A DNA stretch of 63,965 nt, counting the filler, from Octopus bimaculoides (lineage: Eukaryota): assembly GCF_001194135.2 (NCBI RefSeq). It is 11 parts of 9 records of this genome, joined end to end, with 100 filler letters (N's around TTAATTAATTAA, not from the genome) between each part and the next. Parts side by side here need not be neighbours in the genome. Positions count along the whole stretch, not along the records: positions 1 to 30,971 come from NC_068982.1; 10 more parts are not named here. One strand, written 5' to 3'. Positions 13,300 through 26,450 of the stretch are shown here, in pieces; the stretch's first letter is position 1, and every line of letters starts with the position of its first letter. Both the position numbers and the translations under genes were made by a program. The notes beneath the pieces were generated by a model. The model searched no databases, was not told the origin of the DNA, and was given only the letters and a program-made list of their open reading frames with translations.

Positions 13300-15720
13300 T
13301 GGCTTCTTTTAATCATCAAATTTCCATCATTCGTCAAACCTATTTCTTATAATGCTCCAAAATTAAAGGTAATTGGTATCAGAACAACTTTACTTGCTTT
13401 TAGAGAAAAACAATACCTTAGCTTAGTCGTTGCTTTCATACATTGGATTAATTGGTGCATAATCTTGAAGTAATGGGAATTATAACTTCATCTCCGCATT
13501 ATGGCAACGATGCAGTGCGATTTGTTTGAGATAAAAACAAGGGTAGTAAATTATGAATATCTACAAACTTTGCCTTCATACAATTCGTGATGTCGATACT
13601 ATGTTCACTAATATGCAAGGAGTGAAGATTTTTTTTTTATCTCGGCTGATTTTAAAGAGTGCATGCTGGCAGATTGGTTTCGATGAGGACTCCAAGAGAT
13701 TGTATGTAATTTACGAAAACAATGATCCTCACTTAATCAACAGTATTCAGATGGTCTGACATATAGCTCCATATTCCAAGATGGCAAGTGGTCTGTTGGA
13801 TCAATGCCCTAATTATATATCAGGATAACATTACCAGCTTTGTAAAGATTCAGAATAGATTATAGAAGGATTGAGAAATGAGTATATTTACTACAACGAA
13901 AGGTGCCAATCTATCGATTCATTTAAATAAATGCATTAATAATGCATCTTTCATAGATTTTCTAAGAATGAAAATTTCAAAGGATAAAATTAAGTAATCA
14001 CATATTCTAATAAACAAGATTAGAGTTCCAGAACCAAAATTTATAGAACAAGTTGAACCTCTTCCTGCAGTAGAGAAAACGAAAAGCATTTAAATAGGAG
14101 AACGCATTCAAGAACAGTCTTTTAAGAAGGTAAAAGAACTTCCTACTCAATAGCCTATTGTGAGTACATTCTCTTTCGATTCAGAAAAGATTGCAGCTTC
14201 AAGAATGATGTCTGAAACTGGTAAGCCCGTTGTATATGTTAGCCATACACTTGAAAGTACTAAAAAAAAAAAAAACGAAACGTTATTGGATATGGAAATA
14301 CACGGTGTTATTTTCAAAGATTTAGCCATTTTATAATAAGGGAACGATTTTCACACTGGAGTCGAAATATTGTTCACTACAATTAATTTTTTCAGAGAAT
14401 CTTGATATTTGTTGACGAGCTTATGAAATTGCCAGGTGGATTCTAATATTATCACAAGGTAATTTCGAAAGCATTCATAGGCGTGGCTGTGTGGTAAGAA
14501 GCTTGCTTCTCAACCACATGGTTCCGGGGTTCGGTCCCACTGCGTGGTACCTTGGGCAAGTGTTTTCTACAATAGCTTTAGGCCGACCAAAGACTTGTGA
14601 GTGGATTTGGTAGACGGAAACTGAAAGAAACCTGTCGCGTATATCTATATCTATGTGTGTGTGTGTGTGTGTGTTTGTGTCTGTGTTTGTCCCCCCATCA
14701 CCGCTTGACAACCGGTCTTGGTGTGTTTACATCTCCGTAACTTAGCAGTGCAGCAAGAGGGACGGATAAAATAAGTAATAGGCTTACAAAGAATAAGTCC
14801 TGGTTCGATTTGTTCGACTAACAAAAACTCTTAAAGGCGGTGCTCCAGCATGATCGCAGACAAATGACTGAAACAAGTAAAAGAATAAAGAAATGTCTGG
14901 TAAAATAATCTGTTATGTTGATAGTCTTAGTTGACTGATTATATTTTTATGAATGCATTACAATCTAATCTAGGTAATGATCAATTAACTTATGAAGATG
15001 CTAAAAGTTTGAAGCGATTAAAAAGCATTTATGCTTAAATTATTGGATTTGGCTAGACTAACTCTTGTAGAACAAACATTTTCAGAAATTATTCTAATAC
15101 TGAGTTTCATAAATTCTTTTGAACAAAATTGAGAAAATAAGCTTACCTTTCATAAAATCATCCTGCTTATTCTCCCAATCTTATCAAGAAAATGTGAGAA
15201 CATGCTTTCTGTAATTAATGATACACTCGTGCAGAAAGCAAAAGTAGTTAGTGTGTGCTTGCCTAGATACACTGAAGATCTACCTGGATATTGTGACGTT
15301 GGCGTTACAGTTAGATTTAATTGTAGCCGTTATACTGACATATGGCACGAATCACAGCCCGGGAAATATGGTGACCGGGGATATGTACAAAATGTCGGGA
15401 GTTTGCTGATTAGAGTCGACTTAGTCACAACATGGATTGAAAATATTTTATGTTCTAATAAGACCCTGGAAACATGGAAAAACGTCTATATTTCTTATTC
15501 TTTAGAGTTAGTGTTTCAACGACTGTTTTATATGATATTGAAGAATAATTCATTCAATTAACGGAGGGTTAAACTGACTTGGTTGCATGAAAATTAAAAG
15601 GCCAACATGCAATCCAAAATCTAATGGTGCAACAGGAAGATCTGCACACGCAACGAGATCGGCATTAAAAGGTTATATTTCATCAATTGGAAATATCGAT
15701 GCCTATTGATAAAAGGTTTT
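13300..15720 (+). mobile_element. Degraded Gypsy/Ty3 LTR-retrotransposon pol (RT, RNase H, integrase)
   Basis: RT-like GVKIFFLSRLILKSACWQIGFDEDSK; RNase H-like KPVVYVSHTL; integrase-like LSVINDTLVQKAKVV and NPKSNGATGRSAHATRSALK (P.SNG.AER). Domain order RT-RH-INT. Many stops. Confidence 0.7.
14479..14892 (+). mobile_element. Composite SINE A+B inserted in the Gypsy fragment
   Basis: Head ggcgtggctgtgtggtaag, internal (TA)/(TG)n at about 14640-14685, B tail to aagaataaag. Confidence 0.85.
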
Positions 15721-16088
15721 TCACAACCATTGCTGTGCATCTGGTGTATGCAAGTTATCTATTTGAAAAACACTCAATAATAGCAGTAATACCCATAATA
15801 TAATGAAAATTTCCGCAGATACACATAAACTGATAATGTAGCAGAAATAGGGCCTTGATTACATATAAATATGAAAAACCCTCAACTTTCACTTTTCGTC
15901 AACTGGACAAGTATCTCCTGAATATTTTCCTCAACGAACATCTGCTGACCATGACAGTCGTATCAATGGGTTTACATTACCAGCGCATCCATCTCTTGTA
16001 AAGATCTGCCAGTTGATATTGTGATCACCTATCAAGTCAACCTTTCTGACTTCTCTATCAAATTGAAATCAATATTGTATTTTCATCG

Positions 16089-16500
16089 AAGGCGGCGAAC
16101 TGGCAGACTCGTTAACACGTCGACATTGAGTTCAAATTCTGCCGAGGTCGACTTTGTCTTTCAACCCTTTCGGGGTAATGTAATAAGTACCAGCTGAGCC
16201 CTGATATTGACGTAATCGACTATCTCCAATCCCCCAAATTCCAAGCCTGGTGCCTATAGTACAAAGGAGTATTTTATTTTCACCTAAGGTGGTGAGCTAG
16301 CAGAATCGTTAGCATGCCGTGCAAAATGTTTAGTGGCATATTGTCCGTCATTATGTTCTAAGTTCAAATTTCACCGAAGTTGATTTTGCCTTCCACCCTT
16401 TTGGATAGGTACAAGTTAAACACTGTGGTCGATGTAATCGACTTACCCGTCCCCCTCACCCGAAATCGCTGACCTTGTGCCAAAAGTTGAAACCAATATC
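16089..16500 (+). mobile_element. Two tandem SINE type C copies
   Basis: Heads aaggcggcgaactggcag (16089) and aaggtggtgagctagcag (16286); both contain gagttcaaatt and cgaggtcgactttg-like motifs. Confidence 0.8.
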
Positions 16501-17089
16501 TTATTTTCATCACTTCTCATACTACTAACACAAGTAAATCATGTTAATCCTCTCAACAGTTTAATGAGTAGTACAACAATCCCACGGAGGAGTTGTAGAT
16601 TTGCAAGGAAATTCAAAAGCTACAAAGAATAAAATGACAAACGCGATTTATCTTTAGTGATCGGAGCAATTTTATACTTATAGAATTCTAGACGTTTCCA
16701 GTCAACCTCTTGTACACGTTATCTATATTCCCAGCCGGCCTGTAATATCATTTTTATGCTAGTGTTGTTACAAGCGTTTTACAAGCTTATACATGGCTGG
16801 ATCTATTAAAAGTGACTTCTAGTTCGATGTCAAAAACAGTTTCATGGTGTACTGTTTGGGTAACATTGATTTATCAGTTATAACAGCCACTTAAAATTAT
16901 GAAATTACGTAGCAATTCCTGGGAATGTATGTAATTATTGAATGAACAACAGAAAATGATTTATAATTTTTAATGTTTAGGTTGTAGAGGAAAGTGAAAG
17001 TGCATGTCATAGGAAGCAACTAGATAACTAGTTGAACTGAAAAACAATATTGAATAATGTTAGATAGCTTAATGAATAAATTATAAATG

Positions 17090-17420
17090 TTGTTGAAACA
17101 AATGGCAGTAAATCATATTTAGCAATAAAAGAAACTTTGTCATCTGGGTTAGGAGGGGTTAATGATCGTCTAATGTTTTTATTGGATGAAATTACTGCTA
17201 GAGATTTAAAAATAAGACCCATATTAATCTATCGATCAGAACACCCATGTGTTCTGAAAGTATTTCTTACAAGTTTAATGAAAATTAAACAAATGTTTAT
17301 TTGAAGATTAGTTCAAGAAATATTCATGTTTTGTATCTGAAATATTTTATAAAAGTATAAAATTAGATTTTAGATTTCTTTGTATATTTTGGAAAATGCT
17401 TCGGGTCACCAAACTGTACC
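17090..17420 (+). mobile_element. Degraded Tigger/pogo DDE transposase fragment
   Basis: Translation NDRLMFLL...RDLKIRPILIYRSEHPCVLK...ILENASGH, matching KDRLTLL..GD.KLKPLLIY.SENPRALK...LDNA.GH. Confidence 0.65.
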
Positions 17421-18243
17421 AGACTACTTTTATCAAATCGTTACGGTTACCACCAAATACGACATCTCTGTTATATCCGATGGACCAGACAAAAGGCTTC
17501 TCTGGACTTCTGAAAACAACAGGGTAAAATGTTATTATCTTTGGTCGTTCGGAAAATGTTTTGACATGAAGAAGGTATTTGGAATATTAATAATGCAAAG
17601 TATGAGATCTGTCTAGATGAAAATGTAATCCTTTACTACGCTATTAATTTCGATTTCAGCCTGAAGATGCACCTGAAAATATCTTGCACCAACGACGTTA
17701 GTGTTTTTAAAAAAATGCTTATTTGCAGGTGTAAACCTGGATGACGAAGATCAATCATGCATTTGATGAAATTGAGTCCAGATGAAAGAATTCTCAAAGA
17801 ATTTGATACTGTATATAGAATATACTTTTGAAGAAGGAAAAGCAGTTGATAATGAATATAAATTCGAATGCAAGTGCGAAGATAGATTGAGAACGCATTC
17901 AATCGCTGTAGGGTCGCGCACAGTGGATAGAAAGAACAATTGAAACAAACATCCTTTTTATAATATTTAAAATAAAATTAATAATTTAATATTTTCACAT
18001 AAGTAATTGAACTAAAAAAGAGTTAAACAGTGAATAGTTGATTTTCTTTTTACTCATATTAATTTCATATGCATTTTTCAATAAGTTAAATCAGAAATTT
18101 ACAAATTAAATATTTGCAAAGTCTATATACACCAGTTGTAGATTCTGTATTACATGTTTGAAAACAGCGGTGATATTGCCGCACATATTACTAGGAATAA
18201 TCAAAATACACTCTCTTTATTCCCCACCACCTCTCTCTCTCCT

Positions 18244-18275
<32 letters not shown>

Positions 18276-18285
18276 GGTTTGTATA

Positions 18286-18502
18286 CAAGGGGGTGCTACT
18301 GAAAAGTTCCTTGTTTTAAGGATATAGCAAAATATCTGGCTGGAAGCCCAAACTTCTCAGTTATTTTACAGGGCTTAGAAAAACTGAAGGACTGCTACAA
18401 TAAGTGTGTGAATCTGAAAGATTATGTTCAATAAAATCATAATCAACTAATCCTCCTGTATTTTCTTTTCCCCAAAGCCAGGTTCTATTCAGCACACTAT
18501 CG
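18286..18502. mobile_element. Mariner-type MITE, opposite orientation to the 33022 copy
   Basis: TIR-like ends caagggggtgctactgaaaagttcc and ttcagcacactatcg, left TA at 18284-85; interior is the reverse complement of 33022-33212. Confidence 0.7.
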
Positions 18503-18977
18503 TGAATATATATATATATATATATATANNNNNNNNNNNNNNNNNNNNNNNNNNNNNNNNNNNNNNNNNNNNNNNNNNNNNNNNNNNNNNNNNNNNNNNN
18601 NNNNNNNNNNNNNNNNNNNNNNNNNNNNNNNNNNNNNNNNNNNNNNNNNNNNNNNNNNNNNNNNNNNNNNNNNNNNNNNNNNNNNNNNNNNNNNNNNNNN
18701 NNNNNNNNNNNNNNNNNNNNNNNNNNNNNNNNNNNNNNNNNNNNNNNNNNNNNNNNNNNNNNNNNNNNNNNNNNNNNNNNNNNNNNNNNNNNNNNNNNNN
18801 NNNNNNNNNNNNNNNNNNNNNNNNNNNNNNNNNNNNNNNNNNNNNNNNNNNNNNNNNNNNNNNNNNNNNNNNNNNNNNNNNNNNNNNNNNNNNNNNNNNN
18901 NNNNNNNNNNNNNNNNNNNNNNNNNNNNNNNNNNNNNNNNNNNNNNNATATATATATATATATATATATACACACCA

Positions 18978-19385
18978 GTGCAAGCGTGGCTGTATAGTAA
19001 GAACCTTGCTTCTCAACCACATAGTCTAGGGTTCAGTCTCACTGTGTGGCATCTTGGGAAAGTGTTTTCTACTATAGCCTCAGGACGACCAAAGCATTGT
19101 GAGTGGATTTGGTAGACGGAAACTGAAAGAATATATGCTCATATGTATACATTTATGTGTGTGTATCTTTGTGTCTGTGTTTCTCCCCCTACAATCGCTT
19201 GAAAACTGGTGTTGGTGTGTTAACGTCCCCGTAATCTAGCGGTTCGGCGAAAGAAACTGATAGAATAAGTACTAGGCTTACAGAGAATAAGTCCTGGGGT
19301 CGATTTGTTCGACCAAGACACTTTAAGGCGGTACTCCAGCATGGCCGCACTCAAATGACTGAAACAAGTAAAAGAATAAAAGAAT
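18978..19385 (+). mobile_element. Composite SINE A+B
   Basis: Same head, internal TA/TG tract and B tail as other copies. Confidence 0.85.
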
Positions 19386-20604
19386 ACATGAGATAATGAA
19401 TTGAAATACAGAATAATATTAATAAACACTAAAAGAGGTTATGTTTGAGAAGAAAAACTTCCTTTCAGAGTCGTGAGTGACACAATCAGTAGTACACAGA
19501 GTGAAATCATCAGGAGTGAGGTAAGCCATTTAATATTCCGAGATCAAACTCTGTCGAAATCCATTCATCCTGACAAGATCGAGAGAATAAAAATCAGTCA
19601 AGTATTTGATTTGATTTTGTTTGAATATTCTTTCACTCATGCTGTTTGGTTTCATGCCTGTGTTTAAATCTATTATTTTCATCTCTAGAAATCCAGTTAG
19701 TGGAATATTTTTTGTTACTTTATCCCATCTGTATTCCTCATCACCCTTTGTTTTTGCTTACATTTTATTCTGACATGATAATTTTTGTGGATTCAATCCG
19801 TCATCATTATTTCATGCTTACGTTATCTTCTTAATTCATATTCTTTCTTTGCTTGTTTTAGCATTTACGTAGCACGCCATTTCACTCTGCTTACTCACAC
19901 TTTTGTTTTCCTCCTTTACGTTTTTATGTTTCATTGCTTCTAGTTGATTCAAGCCATAGCTTTTTGCTCCCACATAAAAATTAAGAAAGGCAAGAACAAT
20001 TGGGCAGACATATACTGAAACACACAATATCATACAATATTTTAAAGTCTGAGTTGGAGAATATACAGGGTATAAATTGAGTCTCTAAGAGATTTGCATG
20101 TCTCAAAATTTATTAAATTAAATTAATAACTCTAGTAATTACATTGCAATGAACATGATGAAATGACATAAAAAAGCCGTCTAAAGTAAAGAAATTATTT
20201 ATCACAAAAAGTATCAATAATATTATTCTTTGCAGCCAACTTAATATCATTTTATAATTGTGCAGTAATTGAGGACTTTCTCGTTTATCTGTTACTAATG
20301 CGTTTAACTGGAGTTGCTGGTTTTTATAGGATTTATTTTACAATGCTGGATTGCGAATTATTCTTTATATATTGTTATATCTTTCCTATATTTTCCCCTT
20401 AATTTTCCATTGTATAGCTGTTCGTTTAAGTTGAATAATCAGATATACCGTTTTCTTACATTTCAATCCATATTACTCCATTAGAGTTCGTTAGTTTTAC
20501 CTTGCTGACTTATTACTACAATTGATTAAAAATGTTGATTACAGCTGCTGATCATGTAGAAATTCTTAAGTCCATAACTTAGTAACTTTTGCTTCTATAT
20601 ATGT

Positions 20605-20678
<74 letters not shown>

Positions 20679-21620
20679 ACACACGCACAAACACACGTGT
20701 GAGTTTAATATATCATATGTATACAGGTAGGTATACGACTGCTGTCTTTGAGTTTAGAGTTCTATCTTAATTACTATCATCCCGTCTGCTTCTAGTAGCC
20801 ATTTAGCGACTACGATAATTATTAATATTGTTAGTCATGATATAAAGAGTAAATGTTGGAGAAATTACGATAAACACAAGTTCATATCATTCGTTCCAAT
20901 GTCCCTGTCACCATTGTGGTTGTTTAGAACCATGCATTGGATAGAAAGGTCTATCAGGAAACACTTATTGCGTTATGTTTCAGAAAGCTAGTCTGGCTAT
21001 CATAATTTCTCCTCATATAGAAGGACGCGCGCGCACGCACACACACAGACACACACACACAGGCGTGTGAGTGCGTAATTAAATACCTTTATAATCTTTT
21101 GATATTAAGAATCCGTAGCTAATTTACATTATCTACCCTAGGTTTTATACTTAAAACCATTACAACAGGGCACTTGATTTAATTTTCTAAAGTGTACTGA
21201 GAGATTAATCAAAATACCATTTGCTTGACTTCTTAATTATTAGTAATCTATCTACATCTGTTTTAACTTGCACCATCAGTTCTGTCAGTAATTCACAACT
21301 ATAACTTCAGTAGTTTCGAATCTATTTTTCGAAAGTATTCCCACCCTTGGGCTATACTAGCGCACTACCTTATTACTAAATACTTGAACACTAACCTGCA
21401 AACTTTAATAACTTTTGTAATAATTTCCTTGTAATTCATAACTTTACGCGCTTTCAGTAGTTTATCCCCATAACTGATGCTAATATCAATCAACAAATCA
21501 ATCAATATATCTATGTATCAATCAATCAATCAATCAATCAATATATCTATGTATCAATCAATCAATCAATATATCTATGTATCAATCAATCTATCTGTCT
21601 ATGTATCAATTTATGTAGCA

Positions 21621-21668
<48 letters not shown>

Positions 21669-22267
21669 GTCTGTCAATGTGTGTGTGTGTGAGTGTATCT
21701 GTGTGCGTGTGTCTGCTTGTCTTTCTCCATAAATATAAGTGCATAAGTATTTGTTTAATTATATTTCTATGCACGCACACAAATAATAGTTCAATAACTT
21801 GAGCAACATTGTTACCGAAACATTTGTAATGAATAATTTCAGAGAAAACGTGCAATAAATGCGGTTGGATATCAAGGAGTATGCTTGTTCTCTGTAACAG
21901 TCGTTTACTTTGTGTAGCGCATGTGACACAAACTGTAGTGAAGCTTTAACTACATTAAATATATCTTAGAGTTTCTAATAGAAGCTGTTTGTACATAAAA
22001 AAAAATTTAATTTGTGATTAATCAGCAGCTTGGTAAAGCATAATTTAACAATTAGATTATCCATTTCAGTTAGATGGTAATAGGTGATTCAAATAGCAAT
22101 TGCCATGAATTTCACTTCATACGCAGAAGAAAAGTCAGCCTGCCATGAAACGTGTCAGGACAATCTGCTTACTTTTCTGTTTGCGAAGAGAATAACGAAA
22201 TATATATTTGTTTAGTTTCCACCGTGGAGGCGGATGAAAACGGTAGTCTAAGTGTATATTATATAAG

Positions 22268-22650
22268 CAAGTGTCTTCTACTGTGGCTTCGGACCGACCA
22301 AGGCCTTGTGACTGGATTTGGCAAACGGAAACTGAAAGAAGCCTGTCGTTTATATATATANNNNNNNNNNNNNNNNNNNNNNNNNNNNNNNNNNNNNNNN
22401 NNNNNNATATATATATATATATATATATAGTAAATCTCATTCCCCAGTCATGTAGACTCATAAGGGTCACTTTTCCGGTTTCCATGGTGTATGTATTCCC
22501 CACTCCCACAAGACGGGACGCCGGTCCGTTGCAGAATTACTCATTTTTGCAATGTAGAATGAAGCGTTTTGCTCAAGAACTCAATCCGTCTCTCGGTCCA
22601 GGAATCGGAACCATAATGTTACAATTCAACACTCTAACCACGAAGTCATG

Positions 22651-22690
<40 letters not shown>

Positions 22691-22925
22691 TGTGTGTGTG
22701 TGTGTGTGCCGTTGTATCTGTGTTTGTCTTCTACCACCGCTTGAAAACCGGTGTTGGTGTGTTTATGTCCCCGTGACAGCGATTCGGAGAAAGAAAGTCA
22801 CCGATAAAATATGTACCAGTTTTAGAAAATGTACAGGGGTCGTTTCATTCGACTAAAGATTTTTCAAGGCGGTGCCCCACCAAGGCCGCAGTCTAATGCC
22901 TAGAACAAGTAAAAGTTGAAAGCTA
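22268..22925 (+). mobile_element. 5'-truncated composite SINE A+B with a second SINE nested in its internal microsatellite
   Basis: A body 22268-22348, (TA)n and gap, insert 22430-22651, (CA)n(TG)n, B module 22705-22925. Confidence 0.75.
22430..22651 (-). mobile_element. tRNA-headed SINE with a different 3' tail, nested
   Basis: Minus head gtgcatgacttcgtggttagagtgttg...ttccgattcctggacc, CORE-like gttcttgagcaaaacgctt. Confidence 0.6.
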
Positions 22926-23020
22926 AAAGATATATACGTTTGTGTGTTTCTATGTGTGTGTGTGTGTGCGCGCGTGTCTGTATTTGTCCGCTTATGCAAG
23001 TATCTACATACAAATTATTT

Positions 23021-23413
23021 GCACGCCGGGCGAAGTGCTTAGTGGTATTTCGTCTGCCGCTACGTTCTGAGTTCAAATTCCGCCGAGGTCGACTTTGCCT
23101 TTCATCCTTTCGGGGTCGATTAAATAAGTACCAGTTACGCACTGGGGTCGATATAATCGGCTTAATCTGTTTGTCTGTCCTTGTTTGTCCTCTCTGTGTA
23201 TAACCCCTTGTGGGCAGTAAAGAAATAGGTATTTCGTCTGCCGCTACGTTCTGAGTTCAAATTCTGCCGAGGTCGACTTTGCCTTTCATCCTTTCGGGGT
23301 CGATTAAATAAGTACCAGTTACGCATTGTGGGTCAATATAATCGACTTAATCCCTTTGTCTGTCCTTGTTTGTCCTCTCTATGTTTAGCCCCTTGTGGGC
23401 AATAAAGAAATAA
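23021..23413 (+). mobile_element. Head-to-tail dimer of SINE type C
   Basis: Near-identical ~190-bp units gtatttcgtctgccgctacgttctgagttc...gtgggca(g/a)taaagaaata. Confidence 0.85.
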
Positions 23414-25255
23414 TTATATATTTATATATGAACATATTTAGTAATTAATGTTTTCATATCAGAATGCTTCAATCTTATATTATTATATTATTTTCGTAGA
23501 GATATTAAATATATTTTTTATAACAGAAATAATGTTTTAGGCGTAATAGGGAAGAAGAAGGAAAAGTAAGACTGGAATGATGTTTCCCCCCATGTCATTT
23601 ATACTCAAGTCCCAATCGCTCTTTTGGGCCGCAGACAGAAGAAATCTTCGACTGTGGTCGACCATCGGATGTGGTCAGCACTATTGTGGGACGTGGTGAA
23701 TTCGTTGGTCGGAGCCGGTTCAACTCAGGCCGAGTGAATGCCGCCATAAATACAAGTTCACGAAGTAAGTACTACTGGAACGGCTTAACAGACCTAACCT
23801 TAAACCTTCAACACTTACTCTTATAAATATTGAATGATACGATATTATTTAAAATTTCACGATTTCTTATTCACTTACTAATAATATTCTGTTTCAGGAT
23901 TACCATTTGATTTTGTCTATGATTCTATACAGATTCTTTCAATTCTTTCACTTCACTTTCTTACCATGACTAACTTAAACTATATACTTTGTTATAAACT
24001 TCAACCGATTTTAACTTTATTACATGCTCTCACTCTTCACGTATACTCAAAGTTTAAAACTGATTATTATATGGCAAACGTCTATCCACTTCAGTTATTC
24101 ATTTTGAACTCTTTGATGGTACTCGAAAATGTACTGTGACTAGAAAACAATCAAAAAGGTCAACGATAGTTGAATTCAGAAGTAACCATACCAAACTAAA
24201 ACTTCTTTTCTCCTTAGAGTTATTGGACTTTGATTATATTTCAAAGCTTATTCTTACCGTAAAATATTAGATTTCAATGAAACAATATTACAAAACCTCA
24301 ATGATATTTTATGAATTATTTTCAGAAATATTTTAGCTGTTTTCCCCGCTTTATCTAAAAACATTTACATTCTTTATAATCCTTAATCGTTCAACATTAT
24401 TTATGGTCTATTTTTCTATGCATTCTCTCAATCTGCTCACTTATTTCACCTTTGCCCTAAACACACAGTATAGATTCATCTTACATAATATTATTTCCTT
24501 TATTTTTAATTATTAAATTGTCCACAGTTTGACTAGAATTGTAGTATTTAAGTTACTCCCTTTTAAGCAGGAAGATTTTTCATCATGTAATCTTAAATTT
24601 ACATGCAAATGCTTTTATTTGTTTTGTTTCGAAAATTATTACAAAATTTTCCTATCTTTATTTTTAACAAAGATCTTTAATATTCAGTTTCCTTTTTTCT
24701 TATTCCTTAAATTACTATCAATAACATTTCTAAATATCCCCTCCGTTCCCTTTGTAAATATCAATTTTTACTTTCTACTCTTTTCCCCTTCCAAATTAAT
24801 TTCCTATACTCTTATCTTAAAATAATCTACAAATTATATATAAAAACTTTTGAAAATAAGCATTTATGCTTACTTTTCGCTCTTTATACAAAATATCTGC
24901 TTATTTAATTATTTAATCAAATGGAGATTTATTTATCAAAAATAATATATCTTAACTTTCATAAACCTATTCTGCAATATTTTAGTCATCTTAAACTTCA
25001 CTTCTTAAACTTATATTCATAAAAAGTCTTGCACTTTCATTCATATTTCACATGCACTAGAAAAATATTTCCCTTTTTACACGAAATCTCATGCTATAAA
25101 ATACTAATCAGTCATTCTAAACAGCTAAAACATTTTTGCGAAATGATGAAAATTATGTCTAATGATATTATTAATTTATTTTTGTATTTAGTTTGCTTTC
25201 ATTTTGAAACTAACTTCTAGCGGTACCATTTCTCTCCTAGTTCATTTATTTATTT

Positions 25256-25358
<103 letters not shown>

Positions 25359-25689
25359 CTCACACTCATATTTCACACATTTTAGCTTTTAGTTAACTAA
25401 CAGATAAATTAATTTAACATTTTTGATTTCAAAAATTCTGTGTAAAAAATAACCCCAAACTCGTCTGTTTCTCTGTAATTTTATCCTTAATTTGTCTTTT
25501 GTGTCCAATTTTGACTCCTGTAGCTCTTTTTTTTACTATAAAATTTCTTCTTCTTCTTCTTCTTCTAGCACCACTTCAAAATATTTTCCACTTATAAACT
25601 AGATATTCAATAACTATACCCACATTTGATATACATTTGAAATATTATAAGACAGGCACAGTGTGTAAAGAAATGATTTAATAAACAAT

Positions 25690-26450
25690 TAAGCAATAAT
25701 TGTTTGCGTATTGACGCTTCAACGCATTCATAGTGACATCTTCAGGATGAAGTAGTGTTGGTGTGTTATTACCTCTTTTTAGTATGAAGTTTCAATGTGA
25801 CTTGTGTACAAATTTGAAATTGGTGCGTTAGATTGGTATGTCATTAACGAGGTGAATAGTTTTGTCCGTGACTAATGTATATTGTATGTCACTTCATATT
25901 ATAGTAGTTGTGCTGTTCTGTGGCTGTTAATTCTATCCTTAAGAGCATATTTTGTTTGGAATATGGTAAAATTAGATGTTATGTCCATTGTTATTTTCTC
26001 ATCTAGTTTCGTTTTGGATTATGTAGTATAGTTCAATGTATCATATAGTTCACTTCTTGAAAGCGCATGGTGAGCTGATGGAATAAAGTCGTACTTTTTT
26101 GGTCAAAAGAACTGTCGGATTTGTAAAAACACGATATTTTACAACAATTTTTATGCTTACAATCGAATTAATAAATCATATTGATTATTAGTGCCGTGAT
26201 CGTAAGTTTATGCGCTTGTGATTTCTTACTGATAAGAATGATTTTAATTTTAAAAGCTTTGTTATGGTTAGATTCAGCTTATGTTTTAATGTAATGCATT
26301 TTGTGTTTTATCCAATGATGTTCTTTGAAAATATTTTCTAGTTTATAGTTAGTGTGTATTTGATTCCTATAATACATTTTTATGTGTGAATTCTGGATTT
26401 TTTATAGAAATAGTGTCTAATGAATTGCACTGTAGCTTAGGCTATTAGTT
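25690..26450 (-). mobile_element. Possible degraded Penelope-like element 3' region
   Basis: Minus translation TIFQTKYALKDRINSHR resembles GIY-YIG YIGQT...L..RI..HR; followed by a decayed hammerhead-like cctgaagatgtcact...gaagcgtca at 25713-25748. Confidence 0.45.

Noticed and set aside
15780-16050. Minus GDHNINW, resembling the APE endonuclease GDFN motif
   Set aside because: Single short motif with no supporting neighbours.
17655-17700. cctgaagatgca...tgca PLE-like motif
   Set aside because: The GAAA half of the core is absent.
23810-25250. Possible mitochondrial insertion (NUMT)
   Set aside because: AT-rich, but I recognise no mitochondrial protein, rRNA or tRNA motif.
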